Origin: an uncultured Clostridia bacterium
GTDB taxonomy: Bacteria; Bacillota; Clostridia; TANB77; CAG-508
NCBI GenBank assembly: GCA_934169535.1
Contig: CAKPOC010000005.1
Coordinates: forward strand, 1 to 27,282
Direction of reading: 5' to 3'
DNA length: 27,282 bases
The number at the start of each line of letters is the position of its first letter. Within the stretch, counting starts at the first letter, position 1. Positions 9,458 to 19,228 of the stretch are shown piece by piece. A program made the position numbers and the translations under genes. A model generated the notes under the pieces. The model had not been told where the DNA came from, did not search any database, and was given only the letters and a program-made list of their open reading frames with translations.

Positions 9458-10804
9458 ATGCAGAACGAAATTAACGAATTATTAACCAAAGCAAAAGAAC
9501 TTTTAAAAGAAGAAGTTACAACAATTTCATATGAAACATGGATAAAAGGAATAGAGATTCAAAGTGTAGATAATGAAAAAATAAACTTAATTGTTACCAA
9601 TAATTTTACAAAAGATTTCTTAATGTCTAAATATTCTAGTCTATTAACTAATACTTTTAATTATTTAACAAATAAGGACTGCATAGTAACAATTTATTCT
9701 AGAGAAGAATTAAATGCTGCTGCAGAAAATGGTACTTCCACAGGGCCTATACAAATTGAAGCTCCTATTAATTATGCCTCTGCAAATTTAAATCCAAAAT
9801 ATACTTTTGCGTCATTTGTAGTTGGTAATAATAATAGGTTCGCTCATGCTGCAGCTTTAGCCGTTGCTGAAGCTCCTGCAGCATCTTATAATCCATTATT
9901 TATTTATGGTGGTGTTGGTCTTGGAAAAACTCACTTAATGCACGCCATCGGTAACGAAATTTTAAAAAATAACCGAAATTCTCGAATTTTATATGTAACA
10001 TCTGAAGCATTTACTAATGAATTAATAAATGCCATAAAGGATAATACTGGTGATCAATTTAGAAATAAATACAGAAGTATTGATGTTTTATTAATTGATG
10101 ATATCCAGTTTATTGCAGGGAAAGACCGAATTCAGGAAGAATTTTTCCACACATTTAATACATTATATGAAAGTGGAAAGCAGGTAATTTTATCTAGTGA
10201 TAAGCCACCAAAAGATATTCCTTTATTGGAAGATAGATTAAAGTCAAGGTTTGAATGGGGAATTATTGCAGATATTTCTAACCCTGATTACGAAACACGT
10301 TTAGCTATACTTAGAAAAAAAGCTCAAATAGAAAACATAATAATAGATGATGAAATTCTTTCAACTATAGCTACACGAATTGATTCAAATATTAGAGAAC
10401 TAGAAGGAGCCTTAAATAAATTAACTGCCAAAGCATCACTTGTGCAAACACCAATCACTATGGAAATGGCAGAGCGCGCTATAAATGATATTGTCGCAGC
10501 TCAAGAAAAAGTTATATCTGCAGAATTTATTCAAGATGTTGTTGCAAAATATTTTAGTGTAAATCCTAAAGATTTAAAAGGTTCAAAAAGGTCTAATGAC
10601 ATTACTTTTCCAAGGCAAATTGCAATGTATATGTGTAGAAATGTTGCAAATATGTCTCTTCCACAGATAGGACGAGCTTTTGGCAAAAGGGATCACACAA
10701 CAGTAATGCATGCTTGCAATAAAGTTGAACAAGACATGAAATTAAACTCAAATACAAAACTAATTGTGGAAAGTGTGAAAAACTTAATCCTCAACGACAA
10801 ATAA
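9458..10804 (+). CDS. dnaA: Chromosomal replication initiator DnaA
   Basis: 448 aa from ATG 9458 (MQNEINELLTKAKELLKEE), preceded by GGAAGG. AAA+ motifs GGVGLGKTHLMHAIGNE and LLIDDIQFIAGK; DnaA signature IGRAFGKRDHTTVMHAC. The track start at 9380 is a GTG inside a DnaA box. Confidence 0.98.
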   Translation: MQNEINELLTKAKELLKEEVTTISYETWIKGIEIQSVDNEKINLIVTNNFTKDFLMSKYSSLLTNTFNYLTNKDCIVTIYSREELNAAAENGTSTGPIQIEAPINYASANLNPKYTFASFVVGNNNRFAHAAALAVAEAPAASYNPLFIYGGVGLGKTHLMHAIGNEILKNNRNSRILYVTSEAFTNELINAIKDNTGDQFRNKYRSIDVLLIDDIQFIAGKDRIQEEFFHTFNTLYESGKQVILSSDKPPKDIPLLEDRLKSRFEWGIIADISNPDYETRLAILRKKAQIENIIIDDEILSTIATRIDSNIRELEGALNKLTAKASLVQTPITMEMAERAINDIVAAQEKVISAEFIQDVVAKYFSVNPKDLKGSKRSNDITFPRQIAMYMCRNVANMSLPQIGRAFGKRDHTTVMHACNKVEQDMKLNSNTKLIVESVKNLILNDK

Positions 10805-10904
10805 TTGATATTTCAACAAAAATCGACAAAAAACAAAATTAATGTTTGTAAAAATTATGTTTTGTAGAAAGTAACGGAGCTGTTCCTACGGATACGCTAG
10901 GAGG

Positions 10905-11071
10905 TTATCCACAGGGGTGCTGTGGATAACCTGTGGATAAAATGTGGATAACTGAGTTATCCACAAGTTTACATTTTTCCTGTGGATAACTTCTCGATTT
11001 TTCCACAGAGTTATCCACATCGGAAAACTTAGGGCCACTTAGCTTACACTTAGTTTTCCACACAATCCACA
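10905..11071. promoter_or_regulatory. oriC DnaA-box cluster 2, between dnaA and dnaN
   Basis: Perfect boxes (either orientation) at 10905-10913, 10921-10929, 10932-10940, 10943-10951, 10957-10965, 10981-10989 and 11011-11019. Near-consensus boxes at 10999-11007, 11054-11062 (TTTTCCACA) and 11063-11071. Confidence 0.95.
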
Positions 11072-11075
11072 GCAC

Positions 11076-11118
11076 CTACTACTACTACTACTAAATATAT
11101 TTATATTATTATAATAAA
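11076..11118. promoter_or_regulatory. DnaA-trio repeats plus AT-rich unwinding element (DUE)
   Basis: Six consecutive CTA triplets (11076-11093; opposite strand 3'-GAT repeats) directly after a degenerate DnaA box and a short GC-containing spacer, then AATATATTTATATTATTATAATAAA. Confidence 0.85.
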
Positions 11119-11132
11119 GGAGACGAAGACAA

Positions 11133-12240
11133 ATGAAACTACTTTGTGAGAAGGATAAAATCCTTAAAGCATTGAATTCCGTAACTAAAGCTGTTGCTGT
11201 TAGAACAACAATGCCTATATTAGAAGGAATTCTAATACAAACTAATGATAATGAAATAAAATTAACAACTTATGATTTAGAAATAGGAATAGAATATATC
11301 ATTAATGATTGTAAAGTAGAAGAACAAGGAGCTACAGTTGTAAATGCTATAATGTTTACTGAAATAATCAGAAGACTTCCTGATACAGAAATTAGTATAT
11401 CTGTAAATGATAAAAATTTATTAGTTATAGAATGTGAAGGTTCTTTATATAAACTTGCAACAATGAATCCAGATGAATTTCCTGAATATAGAAAATTCAA
11501 TTGAAATAGAGCAAGCTGCATTAAAAGATATGATAAGAAAGACTATTTTTGCTGTAAGTACAGAAGAAAATAGACCAATATTTACAGGATGTTTATTTGA
11601 AATTGCAAACAATAAGTTAAATGTTGTTGCTGTTGATGGATTTAGACTTGCTTGGAAGAGCAAATATTTACAAAGTAAAGTAAATAATTTTTCTGCTGTT
11701 ATTCCAGGAAGAACATTAAATGAAATGAATAAGATTTTAGTAGATTCTTTTGATAACGTAAAAATAGGAGTTGCTAAAAACCAAGTTTTATTTGAATTGG
11801 AAAACTGCAAAATAGTAACAAGACTTTTAGATGGAGAATTTTTAAATTATTCAAGTGTTATTCCAGAACATTGGGAAACAAGAATTAGAGCAAACAGAAA
11901 TATATTACAAGATTGTTTTGAAAGAATAAGCTTAATTTCATCTTCAAGCATAGAAAAAGAGAAGAAATATCCAGTAAAAGTTTCTATAGATGTTGGAAAA
12001 GTTACAATTTCTTGTACAAATCAAACTGGGGATGCAAAAGAAGAAATAATGGTTAATACAGAAGGAAAAAATTTGGAAGTAGGATTTAATCCAAAATACT
12101 TTTTAGATGTATTAAGAAATATAGATGATGAAGAAGTATTTGTTGATTTTGGCTCAAGTATTTCTCCATGTATAATAAGACCAGTAGAATCAGATGGCGA
12201 TTATACTTATATGATTTTACCAATAAAATTAAAAGAATAA
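11133..12240 (+). CDS. dnaN: DNA polymerase III beta sliding clamp, split into two frames (11133-11504 and about 11473-12240)
   Basis: N-terminal part MKLLCEKDKILKALNSVTKAVAVRTTMPILEGI...MNPDEFPE; C-terminal part ENSIEIEQAALKDMIRKTIFAVSTEENRPIFTG...YTYMILPIKLKE. Together they make one near-complete beta clamp with a frame change near 11484-11490. Confidence 0.93.
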
Positions 12241-12259
12241 TACGGAAAAGGGCACATAC

Positions 12260-12291
12260 TTTTCCACAATTGGGGCACAGAATGTGGATAA
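12260..12291. promoter_or_regulatory. Small third DnaA-box pair at the dnaN/recF junction
   Basis: TTTTCCACA 12260-12268 (1 mismatch) and perfect TGTGGATAA 12283-12291, which overlaps the probable recF start codon. Confidence 0.6.
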
Positions 12292-13358
12292 CTAGTTTAG
12301 AAATGCAAAATTTCAGGAATTACGAAAAAGAAAAAATAGACTTTTCTAAAAATATAAATGTTTTTTATGGAGATAATGCTCAAGGAAAAACAAATATCAT
12401 AGAAGCTATTTTTATAGGTTCAATAGGAAAGTCTTTTAGAACAAATAAAGAAAAAGAAGTAATAAAACACAACGAAAATTTTACTAATATTATTATAAAT
12501 TATCAAAATAAAGATAGAGATGGTAATATAAAAGTACAAATTTCAAATAAAAAAAATATTTTTGTAAATGGTGTAAAAATAAAAAAATTAAGTGATTTAT
12601 TAGGAACAATTAACATCGTATTATTTACACCTGACGATATAAATATATTAAAAAATGGGCCAGACCAAAGAAGAAAATTTTTAAATATGATGATTGGACA
12701 AATTAGGCCAAACTATGTTAATATATTAAATACATATACAAAGGTAATAGAACAAAGAAATAACTATTTAAAACAAATAAGAGATTCAGAACAAACGTCT
12801 AAGATAAATTATAACATGTTAGATATATGGGATGAACAACTTTCAAATCTATCTTACAAAATATGTTTGTACAGAACCGAGTTTATAAATAAAATTTCTG
12901 ATAAAATAAAAGATATTCATAAAAATATTACAGAAAATAAAGAAAATATAAAAATTGAATATATTACCGAAAGTAGAGATCCCAAAAAATTATTAGAACT
13001 TATAAAACAAAGAAGAAAATTAGACATAATAAAAGGTTACACAACTAAAGGAGCACATAGAGATGACTTTAACATATATGTAGATGATGATTTAGTGTCT
13101 GTTTATGGCTCTCAAGGCCAGCATAGAACGGCTGTGTTATCACTAAAAATAAGTGAACTTAAAATAATAGAAGAAGAAACTGGAGAAAGTCCAATTTTAT
13201 TATTAGATGATTTTATGTCAGAGTTAGATAGTAAAAGAAGAAAAAATTTGCTTAATAATATAGGAAATACACAAGTTATAATAACTTGTACAGACGAAAT
13301 GGATAATAATTTTTTAGGAAAAATTTCTAAAGTAAAAGAAGGAAAAATTATAAAATAA
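12282..13358 (+). CDS. recF: DNA replication and repair protein RecF
   Basis: About 358 aa from ATG 12282 (MWITSLEMQNFRNYEKEKIDFSKNINVFYGDNAQGKTNIIEAI); C-terminal LLLDDFMSELD. The track start at 12168 lies inside the dnaN 3' end. Confidence 0.95.
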   Translation: MWITSLEMQNFRNYEKEKIDFSKNINVFYGDNAQGKTNIIEAIFIGSIGKSFRTNKEKEVIKHNENFTNIIINYQNKDRDGNIKVQISNKKNIFVNGVKIKKLSDLLGTINIVLFTPDDINILKNGPDQRRKFLNMMIGQIRPNYVNILNTYTKVIEQRNNYLKQIRDSEQTSKINYNMLDIWDEQLSNLSYKICLYRTEFINKISDKIKDIHKNITENKENIKIEYITESRDPKKLLELIKQRRKLDIIKGYTTKGAHRDDFNIYVDDDLVSVYGSQGQHRTAVLSLKISELKIIEEETGESPILLLDDFMSELDSKRRKNLLNNIGNTQVIITCTDEMDNNFLGKISKVKEGKIIK

Positions 13359-15312
<1,954 letters not shown>

Positions 15313-15314
<2 letters not shown>

Positions 15315-15749
15315 AAATTAATAACCTGCAAGATATTTCTTGCAGGTTATTATTATAAAGCTGATATCAATCCCAGCTAAAACTAATACACCTATCGCTA
15401 CCATCTAATATATATTGCTATATAAATAAACAATAAAAACAAATATATTAATCAGTTGCTAGAATATAAGTCTACCCATAATAGCTATATTCATCCAAAC
15501 GAGGGACTAAAAATAACCACTAAAAGATAAAAATATACTCATAACATAGAATAATTACTACATAAAGTCAGCAATATAATAATAAATAATATAGCTTAAA
15601 AACGAAATAATTACTCACGTCGCCGACTGTAACCAACCTAAAATATTAAGCTAATTAAAATCTTTGCTCGAAACAGTTAAAACCGAAAGATCTTAACGAC
15701 TTCTTAGTTCAACTGATATCAACCTTGTAATAGTATTATTGTCAAAATA
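15313..15749 (-). ncRNA. Candidate structured non-coding RNA, about 435 nt, family not recognised
   Basis: Minus-strand promoter TTGACA (15780-15785) N18 TATAAT (15756-15761). 16-bp gapless closing helix 15711-15726 with 15357-15372 (12 Watson-Crick and 4 G.U as minus-strand RNA). Internal 12-bp helix 15686-15697 with 15654-15665. Terminator hairpin begins 5 nt after the closing helix. No substantial ORF. Confidence 0.55.
15320..15351. terminator. Strong hairpin downstream of gyrB; the T-run fits best as a minus-strand terminator
   Basis: 14-bp perfect stem AATAACCTGCAAGA/TCTTGCAGGTTATT with TATT loop. The minus strand continues AATTTTTAT. Confidence 0.85.
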
Positions 15750-15755
15750 AAAAAA

Positions 15756-15785
15756 ATTATACAAGAATATTTATTTTTTTGTCAA
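15756..15785 (-). promoter_or_regulatory. Predicted minus-strand promoter of the candidate ncRNA
   Basis: TTGACA/TATAAT consensus hexamers with an 18-nt spacer, read on the minus strand. Confidence 0.6.
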
Positions 15786-15815
15786 AATAATAAATAATTT
15801 GACTTACGATTATTC

Positions 15816-15844
15816 TTGACAATAATAAAAAAAGAAAATAAAAT
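15816..15844 (+). promoter_or_regulatory. Predicted plus-strand promoter of the VirB4-like module
   Basis: TTGACA (15816-15821), N17, TAAAAT (15839-15844); Shine-Dalgarno AAAGGAG at 15860-15866; ATG at 15872. Confidence 0.55.
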
Positions 15845-15871
15845 AATAAAAAATAAAAGAAAGGAGAATGA

Positions 15872-16402
15872 ATGTATAATTCTATACAAAAATGGTTGCC
15901 AATAGAAGAAATAAATAAAAATGGAATAATAAAATTAAAAAATAATTATTTAATAAAAATTATAGAAATAAAACCAATAAATTATAATCTAAAATCATAT
16001 AGCGAAAAGGAAGCTATTTTAAATTCTTATAAATTATTTCTAAAAAATTGTGATTTTAATTTTCAAATATTAATTCAAAGTTCAAAAAAAGATTTAAATA
16101 AATATATATTAAAAATTCAAGAACAAAATAAAAATGAAGAAAATAATATAAAAAATATTTCTGAAGAATATATAAAAAATTTAAAAATAATAAATTCTCA
16201 AAATAAATCCGATATAAAAAATTTTTATTTTATTATTAATGAAAAAAAAGAAAAAAATAATGAAGAAATAATATTAAATAAATTAAACGAAAAATATTTA
16301 AAAATAAAAGAATTTATTTCTCGTTGTGGGAACAGTGCAGAAGAAATAAAAGAATATGACAAAATAATTAAAATATTAAAAAAAACAATTTATTTAAAAT
16401 AA
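15872..16402 (+). CDS. Protein resembling the TraC-like N-terminal domain found beside VirB4-type ATPases
   Basis: 176 aa; the pattern QKWLPIEEINKNGIIKLKNNYLIKIIEIKPINYNLKSYSEKEAILNSYKLFLKNCDFNFQILIQSSKKD resembles the xxFLPIxxIxxGxIxLxxG..NFxLKSxxEQxxIIxxFxxFLNSLDFxxQIxIQSR pattern of TraC-like domains. Followed by the VirB4-like gene. Confidence 0.6.
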   Translation: MYNSIQKWLPIEEINKNGIIKLKNNYLIKIIEIKPINYNLKSYSEKEAILNSYKLFLKNCDFNFQILIQSSKKDLNKYILKIQEQNKNEENNIKNISEEYIKNLKIINSQNKSDIKNFYFIINEKKEKNNEEIILNKLNEKYLKIKEFISRCGNSAEEIKEYDKIIKILKKTIYLK

Positions 16403-16650
16403 ATAAAAAAATAATAAAAAAAAAATAATAAATAAAATAAATAATAAATAAAAAAATAAATAAATAAAAAATAAATAATAAAAAAAAATAAATAATAAAT
16501 AAATAAAAAATAATAAATAAAATAAATAATAAATAAAAAAATAATAAATAAAAAAATAAATAAATAAAAAATAAATAATAAAAAAAATAAATAATAAATA
16601 AATAAAAAATAATAAATAAAATAAAAATAAAAAAAATAATAAATAATAAA
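16403..16650. repeat. Low-complexity array of A with isolated T, containing a near-perfect 100-bp tandem duplication
   Basis: No G, no C and no TT dinucleotide. 16441-16540 and 16541 onward share the same series (ATAATAAATAAAAAAATAAATAAATAAAAAATAAATAATAAAAAAAA...) with a 1-nt A-run difference before diverging near 16624. Confidence 0.85.
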
Positions 16651-16663
16651 AGGAGGAGTAAAT

Positions 16664-18403
16664 ATAGAAAATAATAAAAATATTATAGACATAATTCCGT
16701 CATATATAGATTTTAAAAATCCTAAATATATAGAAATTGAAGAAAAATATACGAGTGGAATTATAATTGTAGACTATTATAGAAAACAAAATGATTTAAT
16801 TCTAAAAAATTTAATTAATTCAAATATTAATTTTAATCTTTCAATATTCATAGAAAAACAAAACACAGAAAAAATAATTAGAGATTTAACTTATAATATA
16901 GGTAATGCTTCTGTAGATTTAAATAGTAAAAATAAAAATAGGCAAGACATAGATATAATTGAATTTACTTATGATGATGCAAAATATATAAGAAAACAAT
17001 TACAAATAGAAGATGAAAATTTATATTATTTTTATATTTATATAAATGTAATTGCAGATAATTTAGAAGAATTAAAAAATAATATTAATAAAATAAGAAG
17101 CACTTTAGAAATTAATGGAATAAAAACAAGACTAGGATATTTCAGACAAGAACAAATATATATAGGAACGATGCCATTAATGCTAAATAATCAAGAAATA
17201 AAAAATGCAGCTAGAAAAAATATTTTAACTTCAAGCTTAGTTTCAACATATCCATTTATATCAAATTCTATTTTTGATGAAGATGGAGTTTTAATAGGCA
17301 AAAATATGTATAACAATTCCTTGATTTTTATAAATAAATATGACAGTAATAAATACAAAAATGCTAATATGTGTATTTTTGGAACCAGTGGAGCAGGAAA
17401 ATCACATTATACAAAATTAAATATAATTAGATCTAGACTATTAGGAATAGATCAATATATTATAGATCCAGAAAGAGAATACAATAATTTATGCAAAAAT
17501 TTAGGAGGTAGTTTATTAAAAATAGGACCTACTTCAAATATATATATAAATATTTTTGACATAACAGAAGAATCAATAGAAGAAGGTGAAAAAGGATATT
17601 TATCAAATAAATTAATTAAATTGATGGGATTTTTTAAATTGATTTTTGGAAATATAGACGAAATAGAAAAAGGATTAATAGAAGAAAAAATAATAAATAT
17701 TTATGAGCAAAAAAATATAAATTTTGAGGATGAAAGTTTATATAAAAATAATAAATTTAAAAAATCGGAAGATATGCCAATTTTAGAAGATTTATTTTAT
17801 GAATTTGGAAAAGATAAAAAAACTAAAAAATTTCAAATAAAATTAATTCCTTTTATAAAAGGATCACTTAAATTTTTTAATAATTATACTAATATAAAAA
17901 TTAATAATAAATTAGTTGTAGCAGATGTTTATGATTTAGGTGAAGAAAATTTAAAATATGCTATGTACATTTTTATGGAAATATTTTGGAATTACATAAA
18001 AAAAGATAGAAAAAAGAAAAAGGCAATATATATAGATGAAATTTGGAGATTAATAGGAGTTACATCAAATAAGGAAGTTGCAAGCTTTGTTTATAAAATT
18101 TTTAAAACAATTAGAAAATATGGAGGAAGCGCTGTTGCAATAACACAGGATATATCCGATCTTTTTAGTTTGGATGATGGAAATTTTGGAAAAAGCATTT
18201 TAAATAATTCTAGCATAAAAAATTTTTTCGCACTAGAAGAAGAAAATATTAAAATTTTAAAAAAATATAGTAATATTTCAGAGAAAGAAGAATTGGATAT
18301 AAAATCACTCCAAAAAGGAGAAACTCTTATGTTTATCGAAAAAGAACATATTCTAGCTAAAATAGAAACTTTTGATTATGAAAATAAAATAATAAATAAT
18401 TAA
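16664..18403 (+). CDS. VirB4/TraC-like conjugation-type ATPase (probable ATA start, or a mutated ATG)
   Basis: Continuous frame of about 579 codons. Walker A MCIFGTSGAGKSHYTK, IDPEREYNNLCKNLGG, Walker B KKKAIYIDEIWRLIG, RKYGGSAVAITQDISDLF. AGGAGG at 16651-16656 lies 7 nt before ATA 16664. The first in-frame ATG is 17171. The N-terminal region matches the paralog at 26806. Confidence 0.85.
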   Translation: MENNKNIIDIIPSYIDFKNPKYIEIEEKYTSGIIIVDYYRKQNDLILKNLINSNINFNLSIFIEKQNTEKIIRDLTYNIGNASVDLNSKNKNRQDIDIIEFTYDDAKYIRKQLQIEDENLYYFYIYINVIADNLEELKNNINKIRSTLEINGIKTRLGYFRQEQIYIGTMPLMLNNQEIKNAARKNILTSSLVSTYPFISNSIFDEDGVLIGKNMYNNSLIFINKYDSNKYKNANMCIFGTSGAGKSHYTKLNIIRSRLLGIDQYIIDPEREYNNLCKNLGGSLLKIGPTSNIYINIFDITEESIEEGEKGYLSNKLIKLMGFFKLIFGNIDEIEKGLIEEKIINIYEQKNINFEDESLYKNNKFKKSEDMPILEDLFYEFGKDKKTKKFQIKLIPFIKGSLKFFNNYTNIKINNKLVVADVYDLGEENLKYAMYIFMEIFWNYIKKDRKKKKAIYIDEIWRLIGVTSNKEVASFVYKIFKTIRKYGGSAVAITQDISDLFSLDDGNFGKSILNNSSIKNFFALEEENIKILKKYSNISEKEELDIKSLQKGETLMFIEKEHILAKIETFDYENKIINN

Positions 18404-18418
18404 GAAAGGATTGATATA

Positions 18419-19126
18419 ATGAATTTAGCATTAGAAAATAATTTACAAAATAATTTAGATTTAGAAAATAAACAAAAGAATTTTTTAGAAACCAGTTTAG
18501 GAAAAGCAATAAATACAGGTTTAAATATTGGAATAAGATATTTACTTCCGGACCTTATAGAAGATGAAGTAATTAATATTAAAGATAGTATTTTTAATAA
18601 TGGAATAAAAGAAGGATTAAAAACTGCTGTAAATTCAGCAATAAATTTAGGAAAAAGTACGGTAGGAATATTTACGGGAAATTTTGAAAATATAAATCAA
18701 ATGCAAATGGCAATAAAAAACGGAGGAATAATAGATTCAATTTCTTCACTTGTTAATAAATCAATTAATAAAACGGTTGAATCAAAAAAATTGAATTATA
18801 GTGTTGGCAATACAATAAAAAGAGGAGCAAATAGTTTATTAAGTAGTATTTCTAAAAACATAGAAAATGAATTTGAAAACCAAGTAAATAATATAGAATA
18901 TTTAAATAAATATATAAATAATTGGAAAAACTATTTTAATAATAAAGATTTTGAAGGAATGCAAAGAGAATATGAAAAAATAAATGTAAAGGCAAAAGAA
19001 ATAGCACCAATAGAAAAAACAATAAATGATATAAAAAATGTTCAAAATTTGCATAAATTAATTAAAAACAATGGCCAAAATTTTAATTTATCAGATGAAG
19101 AAATGGAGCTTGCAAAAATGCTATAA
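18419..19126 (+). CDS. Hypothetical 235-aa protein of the VirB4-like module
   Basis: ORF starts 16 nt after the ATPase stop, with AGAAAGG upstream; Ala/Gly/Ile segments in the N-terminal half and a charged helical C-terminus. No domain recognised. Confidence 0.75.
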   Translation: MNLALENNLQNNLDLENKQKNFLETSLGKAINTGLNIGIRYLLPDLIEDEVINIKDSIFNNGIKEGLKTAVNSAINLGKSTVGIFTGNFENINQMQMAIKNGGIIDSISSLVNKSINKTVESKKLNYSVGNTIKRGANSLLSSISKNIENEFENQVNNIEYLNKYINNWKNYFNNKDFEGMQREYEKINVKAKEIAPIEKTINDIKNVQNLHKLIKNNGQNFNLSDEEMELAKML

Positions 19127-19163
19127 AAAACTAAAAAAACTTAGAAAAATAAGGCTTTTTTAC

Positions 19164-19192
19164 TTGCAAAAAGAATGTAGTTTTAGTATAAT
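19164..19192 (+). promoter_or_regulatory. Predicted gyrA promoter
   Basis: TTGCAA (19164-19169), N17, TATAAT (19187-19192). Confidence 0.6.
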
Positions 19193-19228
19193 ACGAAGTG
19201 AATAAATGATATGAAAAGAGGTAAAAAA

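Noticed and set aside
1-11132. parS sites (TGTTTCACGTGAAACA) expected near parAB/oriC
   Set aside because: I did not see a convincing match by eye. The ATGTTTCC repeats near 5120-5160 lack the inverted half. A computed motif scan is needed to be sure.
12168-12281. ORF-track N-terminal extension of RecF
   Set aside because: It overlaps the dnaN 3' end in another frame and resembles nothing in RecF; ATG 12282 gives the normal N-terminus.
15318-15404. 28-aa hydrophobic minus-strand ORF MVAIGVLVLAGIDISFIIITCKKYLAGY, reminiscent of type I toxin peptides
   Set aside because: No convincing ribosome-binding site, and its C-terminal half is encoded by the terminator hairpin. Its DNA is better explained by the candidate structured RNA, though a dual-function RNA is not excluded.
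16390-16692. 100-aa minus-strand ORF rich in Phe/Ile/Tyr
   Set aside because: It is simply the reverse translation of the A/isolated-T array, with no Shine-Dalgarno evidence.
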